A stretch of DNA of 64,000 bases, taken from positions 1,568,001-1,632,000 of the forward strand of contig CAXXMV010000006.1 of the NCBI GenBank assembly GCA_963662285.2. The letters run 5' to 3'. The position numbers and the translations under genes are program-made. The DNA is from a bacterium. GTDB lineage: Bacteria; Hinthialibacterota; Hinthialibacteria; Hinthialibacterales; Hinthialibacteraceae. The number at the start of each line of letters is the position of its first letter. Position 1 is the stretch's first letter. Below the pieces are notes generated by a model. That model was given only the letters and a program-made list of their open reading frames with translations. It searched no databases and was not told the DNA's origin. Positions 19,381 to 28,629 of the stretch are shown piece by piece.

Positions 19381-21117
19381 GTGCGCGAAATTATGGCTAA
19401 CCAAGACGATAAGACAGCTGTCGCCAATGATGTTGCTCAAGATAATTCTCTTAATGAAGAGAATGTAACCAATGAATTTCAACTCGAATCAGAAAGTGCG
19501 CAACGTCTTCAGGATGTTGATTATGCTACTGTTGAGTTGGGTTCAGGCGACATGCTGGAATCTTTGGCCGCACAGGCCAATATGGAAATTGTGCAATTAC
19601 GGCAGAAGAGATTGCTGCCTGAAGTTGTATCACTTCTACCAGAGAAGTTAGCACGACGTTATTCTGCGATAGTTATTGAACGTGATGAAGATTCGATCAC
19701 CATTGCGGTGAACGATCCGTTTAACCTTGATGCTCACGATGCCATTAGATTCCGCTTTACCGGGATGACCATCAACTGGGTTCTCGCTCGTGAAGAAGAT
19801 ATCCATATGACTATCGAGCGCTATTATCGGGGTCAGCAGGCTATGGTTGAAGATATGCTGAATGAAATCAGCGAAGACCAAGGCTATGGCGCAAAGGATA
19901 ATCGTTCTCTGAAAGAGTTTTTAGCGAGCAATATTTCCGCCGATGACGAAGGCCCCATCATGCGATTGGTGGACTTGGTTTTCGAAGAAGCGGTTAAATT
20001 ACGCGCCTCAGATATTCATTTTGAACCATTCGAGGATAAGTTCCTTATCCGGTTAAGAATAGATGGCGTGCTTCATGAAATTCAGTCGCCCAGCAAGAAA
20101 TTGCAGGGGCCGATTTTATCGCGTTTGAAACTTATGAGCGGAATGGACCTTTCTGAAAAACGGGTGCCCCAGGATGGCCGTATACAGAAAGTTATTCTGG
20201 GACGACAATTTGACTTCCGCGTCTCAGCGCTGCCCGCATTACATGGCGAAAGTATTGTTACCCGTCTGCTGGAACAGTCCGGCGTATTGCTGGGATTGGA
20301 GCAGATCGGATTTTTAGAGGATAACGTTGAACGATTCAGGACCATGATCCGGCAGCCCAACGGGATCATCCTCATGACCGGGCCAACCGGTTCCGGTAAA
20401 ACAACAACGCTTTATTCCGCTCTTAATGTTATTAACACTATCGATACCAAGATCATTACAGTTGAAAACCCGGTTGAATATCAGATAGAAGGCATCAACC
20501 AGGTGCAGATCAATGATGACATCGGTCTGACATTCTCGCTGGCGCTTCGTTCCCTACTGCGCCAGGCGCCAAATGTTATTCTGGTTGGTGAAATCCGCGA
20601 CCTCGAAACGGCAGAAATCGCGATCAGCGCCGCCATGACGGGTCACTTGGTCTTTTCAACCCTTCATACCAATGATGCTCCCGGCGCTAATGCGCGTCTG
20701 GTGGAAATGGGAGTTAAGCCCTTCCTGGTTTCTTCCGCTATTCAGGCCATTATTGCTCAACGTCTTGTACGTACCATCTGTAAGGAATGTAAGGAGCAGT
20801 ACGACGTAGATCCTCTGATGATCAAAGATATCGGTTTTGATCCTGATGAGTATAAAACCCAGGCGTTTTATCGCGGTAAGGGTTGTGAAACATGCAGTTA
20901 TACCGGTTATAAAGGTCGTACTGCTATTCATGAAGTTCTGGAAAATACTGATGAAATTCGCGACCTGGTTCTTAACAACGCAACAACGGATCAAATTCGA
21001 GTGTTGGCCCGTAAACAAGGCATGAGGACGTTGCGTGAAGATGGATGGCTGAAAGTTCTTCGCGGCGAAACTACCATGGTCGAGGTTGCGCGTATCACGG
21101 CCGGTGATGAGTTATAA
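19381..21117 (+). CDS. pilB: PilB/GspE family extension ATPase (copy 1)
   Basis: ASDIHFEP, PQDGR, GPTGSGKT, LRQAPNVILVGEIRD, TGHLVFSTLHTN, CxxC...CxxC. Confidence 0.92.
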   Translation: MREIMANQDDKTAVANDVAQDNSLNEENVTNEFQLESESAQRLQDVDYATVELGSGDMLESLAAQANMEIVQLRQKRLLPEVVSLLPEKLARRYSAIVIERDEDSITIAVNDPFNLDAHDAIRFRFTGMTINWVLAREEDIHMTIERYYRGQQAMVEDMLNEISEDQGYGAKDNRSLKEFLASNISADDEGPIMRLVDLVFEEAVKLRASDIHFEPFEDKFLIRLRIDGVLHEIQSPSKKLQGPILSRLKLMSGMDLSEKRVPQDGRIQKVILGRQFDFRVSALPALHGESIVTRLLEQSGVLLGLEQIGFLEDNVERFRTMIRQPNGIILMTGPTGSGKTTTLYSALNVINTIDTKIITVENPVEYQIEGINQVQINDDIGLTFSLALRSLLRQAPNVILVGEIRDLETAEIAISAAMTGHLVFSTLHTNDAPGANARLVEMGVKPFLVSSAIQAIIAQRLVRTICKECKEQYDVDPLMIKDIGFDPDEYKTQAFYRGKGCETCSYTGYKGRTAIHEVLENTDEIRDLVLNNATTDQIRVLARKQGMRTLREDGWLKVLRGETTMVEVARITAGDEL

Positions 21118-21160
21118 ATAAAAAAAATAATATTGAATAATAAAGAAGGAGAAGTACAAC

Positions 21161-22246
21161 GTGGTTAGTGTCAAGAAGCAAAGAATAGAGATGGATGATC
21201 TGCTCAAAATCGTCGTCGAGCGAGACGCGTCCGATTTGCATATACGCGTTGGACGCCCTCCGGTTATACGAATAGATGGACGATTAGAAGATTTGGGAAA
21301 CGAACCATTAACGCCGGAAGATACTGAATATCTGATGTCGAGCATCTCTCCCGATATGCATCGTGAATCCATCGCGGAAATCGGCAGCGCTGACTATGGT
21401 TATTCATTTCAGAATCTGGCTCGATTTAGAGTTTCTATCTTTAAGACATGGGGATATTACGGGATGGTTATGCGGTTGATCCCTTCTCGAATTCTTTCAT
21501 TCGAGGATTTGGGTTTGCCTCTTGCCGCGACCAAAGAGTTGCTGCACCGTCCCCGCGGCCTGGTTCTGATCGTTGGCCCGACCGGATCAGGAAAAACAAC
21601 TACCCTGGCGACATTGATCGATTATATCAACCGTAACCGGGATACTCATATTATCACTATTGAAGACCCTATTGAATATTTTCATCCTCATCGTAAATCA
21701 ATCGTAACGCACCGCGCATTGCATGTTGACGTAAGCACCTTTGCGGATGGTTTGCGTTCCGCCCTGCGACAGGACCCCGATGTTATTCTGGTTGGTGAAA
21801 TGCGTGATACTGAAACAATGCAAGCGGCTATTACTGCGGCGGAAACTGGTCACTTGGTTTTTGCCACGTTGCATACAAACAGCGCCTCGGCAACGATCAA
21901 CCGTATTGTTGACGCATTTCCCACAAACCAACAGGAACAGATTCGCATGCAGTTATCTGTTACGCTTATCGCTTCCATTTCACAGGCTCTATTAGGCCGC
22001 GCCAGCGGTAAAGGCCGGGTGGCGGCTTATGAGATCATGTTTATGACCTCGGCTATCGCCAACCTTATTCGTGAAAGTAAAGCCAACCGGATTTTATCAG
22101 CCATTCAGACAGGCGGTAGACAGGGAATGATCACTATGGATATGTTCCTGTACAATCTTTTTTCCAAAGGCATTATTACTGCGGAAGACTGCATTGAACG
22201 ATCTCATGAACCTGAAGATATGCGTAGAAAACTTCTATTCAAATAA
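21161..22246 (+). CDS. pilT: Type IV pilus retraction ATPase PilT
   Basis: ASDLH, GPTGSGKT, IEDPIEY, LRQDPD, TGHLV, AIANLIRE motif. Confidence 0.95.
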   Translation: MVSVKKQRIEMDDLLKIVVERDASDLHIRVGRPPVIRIDGRLEDLGNEPLTPEDTEYLMSSISPDMHRESIAEIGSADYGYSFQNLARFRVSIFKTWGYYGMVMRLIPSRILSFEDLGLPLAATKELLHRPRGLVLIVGPTGSGKTTTLATLIDYINRNRDTHIITIEDPIEYFHPHRKSIVTHRALHVDVSTFADGLRSALRQDPDVILVGEMRDTETMQAAITAAETGHLVFATLHTNSASATINRIVDAFPTNQQEQIRMQLSVTLIASISQALLGRASGKGRVAAYEIMFMTSAIANLIRESKANRILSAIQTGGRQGMITMDMFLYNLFSKGIITAEDCIERSHEPEDMRRKLLFK

Positions 22247-22289
22247 TCGATTTTGTATCGTGTAAATTTATTCCGGCGAGGAATCATCA

Positions 22290-24146
22290 ATGCTTGGATT
22301 AGGACGCAAAAAGAAAACTGAAAAAAGTGCGGAAGTGGTTGAACAAGATGGTTTGACTCCCGCTGCATCCTCTGAAGCGGAAGATTCGACTTCTGATAAA
22401 CGAGATAAGACTGCTTCTAAACCTTCCGGGGAAGAAGTCATTTCCGTATTGGCTAACAACGAAGCCGCTGTTACGGTAGAGCAGATGAGCGGCAGTGCTA
22501 TTGCTGCTTATGAAGCTGGTCAATCCGTTAGCGATGCGGTGCTTGAGCAAGTCTCCGATGTTGCTGAGCAAACCACGGCCTATACTTCAGAAGACGACCT
22601 GTTAGCTGTTTTGGCGGAACAGGTCGGCATGGAACTTATCAAACTCAACGAACATGATATCCAACCGGATATCGTGGGTTTGGTTCCTCCCGATCTGGCG
22701 CGGCAATACAAAGTATTTCCGGTTGATTTGGATGAAGATAATAATGTTCTAACCCTGGCGGTTTCCGATCCTCTTAATGTACAGACGCTGGATGATCTCC
22801 GCATCTGGCTGGATCATGAAATTAAAGGAGTTCTTTCTTCCGAAGATGATATCCAAAGCGCCATTGAGGAGTTCTATGGCACGGGCGGCGAGTCGGTCGA
22901 TGATCTGCTCCATGAACTAGACGCCCAGGACTTTAATATAGACTTTAAGGATGAAAGTTTCGGAAACCTCGAAAAGATTGTACATGAGGCGCCAATCGTT
23001 AAGCTGGTCAACTTGATCTTGTTGCAGGCCATTAAAGATCGGGCGTCAGATTTACACATTGAACCTTTCGAAAATTCTCTCCGCATCAGGTATCGTGTGG
23101 ATGGCATCCTGCATGAAACTGTTCCGCCTCCCAGTCACCTGGCAAATGCGATTATATCCCGTCTCAAGGTTATGTCCGGTCTTAATATCGCTGAACGGCG
23201 TTTACCTCAGGATGGTCGAGTTAAATTGACCATGGCTGACAGAAACGTTGAACTGCGCGTCTCCTCGCTGCCTACGGTTAACGGAGAGAGCGTGGTTATG
23301 CGTATCCTTGATAGCCAGATGATGGACATGGGTCTGGAAAACATCGGCATGCTGCCCGATACCCTGGATATTTATGATAAAGTAATTAAACAACCTAACG
23401 GCATCGTCCTGGTTACCGGACCTACCGGTTGCGGTAAAACTACAACGCTTTACGCCGCATTGCGCCGCGTATTCAGCCCCATGCTCAAGATGATTACTAC
23501 CGAGAACCCGGTTGAATATCAAATGGACGGCGTGGTTCAGGTTAATATTAACCAGCAGGTTGGTTTGACCTTTGCGCGGTGTCTTCGAGCCATTCTTCGT
23601 CAGGATCCCGACATCATCATGGTTGGTGAGATCCGTGACCTTGATACGGCTAAGATGGCTATTGAATCGGCTCTTACCGGTCACTTGGTTTTATCCACTC
23701 TCCATACTAATGACGCTCCCAGTACGCTGACCCGTTTGATCGATATGGATGTTGAACCCTTCCTTATTACATCAGCCATAACTGCTGTTGTGGCGCAACG
23801 TCTTATTCGTAAGATTTGCGTGGATTGCAAGGAACCATATAAACCTGATCCCGTCCATTTGAAAATGATGGGATATGAGCCTGCTGAGTTGGAAAATATC
23901 AATTTCTTCCATGGTAAAGGTTGTTCAGAATGCAACTATACCGGATATAAAGGTCGAACCGGCGTCTTTGAAATATTGGTTCTTTCTGATGAAGTTAAGG
24001 AATTGGTATTGAATCACGAATCCAGTTCGGTCATCTTCCGTCAAGCCAGAAAAGACGGAATGCGCACAATGCGTGAAGACGGTTGGGAAAAGGTGCTGCA
24101 AGGCATCTCGACTGTTGAAGAGGTTATGTCCGGGACATCTCACTAA
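22290..24146 (+). CDS. pilB: PilB/GspE family extension ATPase (copy 2)
   Basis: ASDLHIEP, PQDGR, GPTGCGKT, LRQDPD, TGHLVLSTLHTN, CxxC...CxxC. Confidence 0.92.
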   Translation: MLGLGRKKKTEKSAEVVEQDGLTPAASSEAEDSTSDKRDKTASKPSGEEVISVLANNEAAVTVEQMSGSAIAAYEAGQSVSDAVLEQVSDVAEQTTAYTSEDDLLAVLAEQVGMELIKLNEHDIQPDIVGLVPPDLARQYKVFPVDLDEDNNVLTLAVSDPLNVQTLDDLRIWLDHEIKGVLSSEDDIQSAIEEFYGTGGESVDDLLHELDAQDFNIDFKDESFGNLEKIVHEAPIVKLVNLILLQAIKDRASDLHIEPFENSLRIRYRVDGILHETVPPPSHLANAIISRLKVMSGLNIAERRLPQDGRVKLTMADRNVELRVSSLPTVNGESVVMRILDSQMMDMGLENIGMLPDTLDIYDKVIKQPNGIVLVTGPTGCGKTTTLYAALRRVFSPMLKMITTENPVEYQMDGVVQVNINQQVGLTFARCLRAILRQDPDIIMVGEIRDLDTAKMAIESALTGHLVLSTLHTNDAPSTLTRLIDMDVEPFLITSAITAVVAQRLIRKICVDCKEPYKPDPVHLKMMGYEPAELENINFFHGKGCSECNYTGYKGRTGVFEILVLSDEVKELVLNHESSSVIFRQARKDGMRTMREDGWEKVLQGISTVEEVMSGTSH

Positions 24147-24158
24147 ACTAAAAAATAT

Positions 24159-24203
24159 ATACACAAAAAAAGAAGGCTTATATAGCCTTCTTTTTTTGTG
24201 TAT
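24159..24203. terminator. Intrinsic (bidirectional-type) terminator after the PilB-PilT-PilB cluster
   Basis: ATACACAAAAAAAGAAGGCT-tatat-AGCCTTCTTTTTTTGTGTAT perfect inverted repeat. Confidence 0.88.
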
Positions 24204-24259
24204 TTTTAAATGCATTTGCCATTTTCTTCGTATAACCAGGAAAGTATAAACCAAGGGGA

Positions 24260-25243
24260 ATGAGAATGAAACGTAATTATAAGTACTTAGTCCTACCTAT
24301 TATTATCTTCATGATGACTTGGAATTTTTCGGGGTGCATTACAGTTCCGTTTGAAATTGCAGGAGACCTGATCGGGGCTACGGGAGATGTGGTAGGCGCC
24401 ACGGGAGATGTAGTTGGCGCAGTGGTATCTGTACCGATAGATGTTGCCGGGGGGATTGTAGATGGACCTCCCAGGCGTTTCGGCTCACATGTCAGTGAAA
24501 CACGAGTATGGACCAAAAGCGCGGATGGCGTCGAGTGCATCGAATTGGATTTTGAAAACGGTTCGGTAGATATTCGTGGATCGGAAAGAACTGATATTTA
24601 TATTCACGCGGTAAAAGAAGTTCATGCCCGTTCTCAACGAAAAGCGGAAGAATATCTCGATGATCAGCTCATCCATGTTGATTATAATAGAGAAATCCTT
24701 CAAATATCAAAAACTCCCCGGCATGAAAGCGACGATAATTATTATGTTCAAATCCATTTCGAAATAGAGATACCCTATGTTATGGATTTGGCTATAAATA
24801 CGCATAATGCTTCGATTGGCGTCTACAACGTCTATGGCTCTATGAAAACGGTTACCCACAATGGAAGAATATCCATTGAAAAAAGCAAAGGCGCCTTATG
24901 TGCAAAAACGCATAATGGAGATATTCGAATCGAGTCTGTGGATTTAATTGGTGATGGCCGGTTAATCACCCATAACGGATCAGTAAGAGCTGAATTTACC
25001 GAAATCCAGAGTTCTTTGGATGTTGAATCGCACAATGGCAAAGTCAGTATTTTTCTACCGTATGATTTTAATGGGTTCCTGGATGCCCGGAATGATAATG
25101 GACATATAACCTCCGATTACCCGGTTCGCATAACAACATCAAGCGATAATCAACTTACCGGACAAATTGGAGACGGATATGGCCCCAAGGTCGATATCAA
25201 AGCGCAAAATGGTTCTATAGAACTAAAGAAACTGGATGACTAG
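24260..25243 (+). CDS. DUF4097 family beta-strand repeat lipoprotein
   Basis: Lipobox-like FSGC; repeated THNG/NG motifs. Confidence 0.85.
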   Translation: MRMKRNYKYLVLPIIIFMMTWNFSGCITVPFEIAGDLIGATGDVVGATGDVVGAVVSVPIDVAGGIVDGPPRRFGSHVSETRVWTKSADGVECIELDFENGSVDIRGSERTDIYIHAVKEVHARSQRKAEEYLDDQLIHVDYNREILQISKTPRHESDDNYYVQIHFEIEIPYVMDLAINTHNASIGVYNVYGSMKTVTHNGRISIEKSKGALCAKTHNGDIRIESVDLIGDGRLITHNGSVRAEFTEIQSSLDVESHNGKVSIFLPYDFNGFLDARNDNGHITSDYPVRITTSSDNQLTGQIGDGYGPKVDIKAQNGSIELKKLDD

Positions 25244-25323
25244 AGTGGTTATCTAGAATTATTTGATTATTTTTTCTTCCTATCCGACAACAGCCTCGCC
25301 ATTTTGTTATATCATATAACTAT

Positions 25324-25478
25324 TAGAGCGATTGTCAAAAATATGTTCGTTTATTATCACATTCGGTCTTCGAAAAAGCCAATCTTTTCCGGCTTTTTCG
25401 AATCGCCAATCAGAACATTGTTATGACATCTACTCTAGAGTGGTTCTCAAAACATAATGAATTTTAAGAATCGCTCTG
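25324..25478. repeat. Two abutting TAGAG...CTCT inverted-repeat elements (MITE-like or structured leader)
   Basis: TAGAGCGATTGTCAAAAATATGTTC...GAACATTGTTATGACATCTACTCTA enclosing a perfect 12-bp stem (25369-25402), then AGAGTGGTTCTCAAAA...TTTTAAGAATCGCTCT. Confidence 0.55.
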
Positions 25479-25499
25479 GACGAACGAGGTAAGGGAAGA

Positions 25500-28391
25500 A
25501 TGAAGAAAATAACCATAATCAGTCTTTTAATATTTTGCGCAAGTTTAGCGTTTTCTCAGGATAAATCATCACTTAGAAGTTCTTTTTTCCCCGTATTAAA
25601 AGATGGTTCTCCCGTTGCGCATGTCACTTTTACCCAACCAAAGCAGAATGTCGGTTTGGGCATGGTTAATCCTGATGGCAGCGGTTATGCCAGTGATACG
25701 GTATTAGGCAAAAAAGGCGTTACTCCCTCAGAGGATTCCAAGGATAGTTTTCTGTATTTTCAAACCGCCAGTGATCAACTGGTTTTGGCGACAGGAACCT
25801 TTTTCGTTACTGTACAATATTACGATAAGGGACAGGGCGCCATATCCCTTGAATATCAATATCTGGATAAAAATAATGAGAAACAACCGCGTGGAGAACG
25901 TATGTTCCTGAGCGACAGCGGATATTGGCAGCAGCATACGTTTAATCTGGTTGGCGCGGTATTTGATCAATCCCTGGAAGGCGGAAGTGATTTCAGAATA
26001 AATTGTCCCGGCGTTTTGATCCATTCGGTCATGCTTACCAGAGTACCAATTGGCAATAAGAACCAAGCGGGACCGTTATTCCGTCATAAAGGAATAACGC
26101 CGCCAATGGGATATGAATTCGGCGTTATTCTAAGAAACGACAAGGTTGATACGATATGGGAAAAAGATGATGTTTTTGAAACAAAGACATTATTATATAA
26201 TGCTTGGGGAGTGAGCAATGTTATAGAGACGGTTAATGCAGCGCTGGTTCAGACGCCGCAGAATGAATTTAATTTTTCCTTGTATAATGAACGGCGTGAA
26301 AAACTGTCCGATAATGGTCTGGTATGGACCCCGCGTTTTAAGATTGGCGATATAAATGATCTTCCACTGAATATTGTTAATTCCCTGCAAATGGCGGTTG
26401 GAACAGGACGCCCCGAAGAAGGTCCTATGGTTTCGATGTGGGATCCTGCATTAGTGGATGTTTATAAAAATATTTTCTCCGCTATGCGTCGCAGTATGTA
26501 TTCCACCCAGCTTCCCAAAATTATATTATCCTTTTCAGGAGATTGGGGGCCGTTGAACTATTCATTTGATTCATCCGGGCGAAAAGGGTGGCCTGATTTC
26601 TGGGCGGGAGATCCAATTGCGCAGAGGAGTTTTAATGCTTATCTACAAAGACGCTATGGCAACATGATCGCCGCCAGGTCGGCATGGCGGGATAAAAATG
26701 CTAATTTTAGTAATATACTGCCAGTGATTTCTAGTGAATTTAATCCTCAACGCTTGATCGATACATATTCCTGGTACAGGGAAAGCATGACTGCGTTGGT
26801 AAGACAAATTGCGCAAAATGTCCGAATGCAGTTTCCACAAACAAGCATTGTCTTGGAGATTGCGGACGATTTTGAGTATGGGGCCACCGATCCTTATTCA
26901 TTAGCATCATTAGCCGCTGAATTGAATGCGTCGATCATAATGACGACAAATGAAGAAAATCCGACCAAATCCGCGTTATGGCAATTATTCGCTTTCGAAT
27001 GCAAGCGCCATAATGTGAAATACGGCCTTAGAACTATCGGCAATAATCATGGAGAGGCGGTGTTATCGGCGCTCTATTCTCTATGCAGTGAAGGGGGCAG
27101 TATTTTTTATTTTCCTGAAGACCTGATGGCGGGAAAGAATGCCTGGAATTACTATGCTGATTCTATTGGCCGTCTTCAGTCAGTTGCATCGCAACCTTAT
27201 GTTGCCGTGGTTTTTCCCAGTACATCTTTAACGGTTGATCCCACCATTCCATTTTTGAGGTTGGCTGGCGAATTACGTGATTTTTTTGGTTTTGATGTAG
27301 TGGATGAACGGAGTCTTGGATCAATTTCAACCCTGGATCATCCCTTGATCTTCTCGCCATGCGGTTCGATTTGGGATGCCAAAGCAATATCCGATTTTGA
27401 GCGTCTCGCCCGTTCAGGAGCAGCGCTGGTAGCCTATACCAATGATCCCTGGATGACTCCTGGGGGAGATGTTGATTTCAACGAGCGATTATTTGCCGTG
27501 CAACTTGAAAAGGGCGCCAATGGTTGGAGAATGCTGCCCCGCAAGCAGAGCGTTCAACCCTATGGAAATAATAATCCCATAGCCAGAGTTGATAAAAGAG
27601 ACCTGTCCATCGGTTCTGAAGGTGATGATATGTTCCTGGATGGTCAATGGGGTGAATCGCAGAATGAAATGACTGCTAATAGTTTCGGTTTTCCGTTTAC
27701 CTCATTTCGATGGATGGGCGAGCGGGGGAATATCAATCTGCCTATGCTGCCCGGCAAGGATTATATGCTTCAGATAGAAGGATTCATCCCAGAAAGAAAA
27801 GCAGTGCAACTCTATCTGAATGGTGAACATCTGGGCGGCATTAGGGGGAACGGACTTTTCCGTTGGCAGAAACCGATTACAGGAAAATTACGAGCTCGCA
27901 ATGGTGACGTCAACCTGTTAATGCGCGGGCAACTATGGAGTCCGGGACGCGTGTTGGGCGCAACGCAGACGCACCGGGTGAGTATGGCTCTTAGTAATGT
28001 GAAAATCGTCCCGATAGGAGAAAAACCAGATAATGTAAAACAGGAAACAGTTGATTTTCGTGATCCTGATTTCCAGAGAAAAACTCTGCGTGGATCATGG
28101 ATGCGGGAAATAGGGCAGGGCGCCACGGTTATCGCTCCAGCCGAGCATGTCAAAGAATGGATTTTCCGTGAAATGCTCAACGCGATTTTAATGCATCCAT
28201 CAATGCTAAGTTCCAGATTCAAATTCAGTTTGCCCCCGGACGGCAAGCGTAATGGAGTATTCGTCAAACCTCTTCTAGGAGGTAAAGCCGCATATCTTAA
28301 TCTAAACAGCCAACCGATTAGGGTTGAAAGTTTGGATCAAAGAGTTCGATCCAAAGAGATTCCACCCAAGGTATTGTATTACACGAATTAA
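25500..28391 (+). CDS. Large secreted protein; probable glycoside hydrolase-like (GH42/GH14-like barrel plus GATase-like and beta-sandwich domains)
   Basis: Signal peptide; SMWDP, SGDWG, FWAGD..A..SF..YL..RYG and D...WYRESM segments resemble beta-galactosidase-type barrels. Confidence 0.55.
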   Translation: MKKITIISLLIFCASLAFSQDKSSLRSSFFPVLKDGSPVAHVTFTQPKQNVGLGMVNPDGSGYASDTVLGKKGVTPSEDSKDSFLYFQTASDQLVLATGTFFVTVQYYDKGQGAISLEYQYLDKNNEKQPRGERMFLSDSGYWQQHTFNLVGAVFDQSLEGGSDFRINCPGVLIHSVMLTRVPIGNKNQAGPLFRHKGITPPMGYEFGVILRNDKVDTIWEKDDVFETKTLLYNAWGVSNVIETVNAALVQTPQNEFNFSLYNERREKLSDNGLVWTPRFKIGDINDLPLNIVNSLQMAVGTGRPEEGPMVSMWDPALVDVYKNIFSAMRRSMYSTQLPKIILSFSGDWGPLNYSFDSSGRKGWPDFWAGDPIAQRSFNAYLQRRYGNMIAARSAWRDKNANFSNILPVISSEFNPQRLIDTYSWYRESMTALVRQIAQNVRMQFPQTSIVLEIADDFEYGATDPYSLASLAAELNASIIMTTNEENPTKSALWQLFAFECKRHNVKYGLRTIGNNHGEAVLSALYSLCSEGGSIFYFPEDLMAGKNAWNYYADSIGRLQSVASQPYVAVVFPSTSLTVDPTIPFLRLAGELRDFFGFDVVDERSLGSISTLDHPLIFSPCGSIWDAKAISDFERLARSGAALVAYTNDPWMTPGGDVDFNERLFAVQLEKGANGWRMLPRKQSVQPYGNNNPIARVDKRDLSIGSEGDDMFLDGQWGESQNEMTANSFGFPFTSFRWMGERGNINLPMLPGKDYMLQIEGFIPERKAVQLYLNGEHLGGIRGNGLFRWQKPITGKLRARNGDVNLLMRGQLWSPGRVLGATQTHRVSMALSNVKIVPIGEKPDNVKQETVDFRDPDFQRKTLRGSWMREIGQGATVIAPAEHVKEWIFREMLNAILMHPSMLSSRFKFSLPPDGKRNGVFVKPLLGGKAAYLNLNSQPIRVESLDQRVRSKEIPPKVLYYTN

Positions 28392-28629
28392 TACGATTGA
28401 ATAAGGCGTGCTCAAGTGGATTGCTTAATAAACATACTCATTATTTTCCATTAATCACAATTTAATATCCTAAAATCATAGTGACTATTCGAGCAGTTTG
28501 AAAATTTTTACTGATCAGTCTTAACCACTCCGCTTGACAACGTTAACGATATTCCCAAGAATGCGGAAAGCGTTTTTTTTGTTTTTTTAGAGAATAAATC
28601 TATTTAAAGACTCTTTGGGAGGAGCACAG

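Noticed and set aside
28360-28391. C-terminus of the 963-aa secreted protein (KVLYYTN) as another instance of the DW tail motif
   Set aside because: Lacks the T, D and W positions of the consensus.
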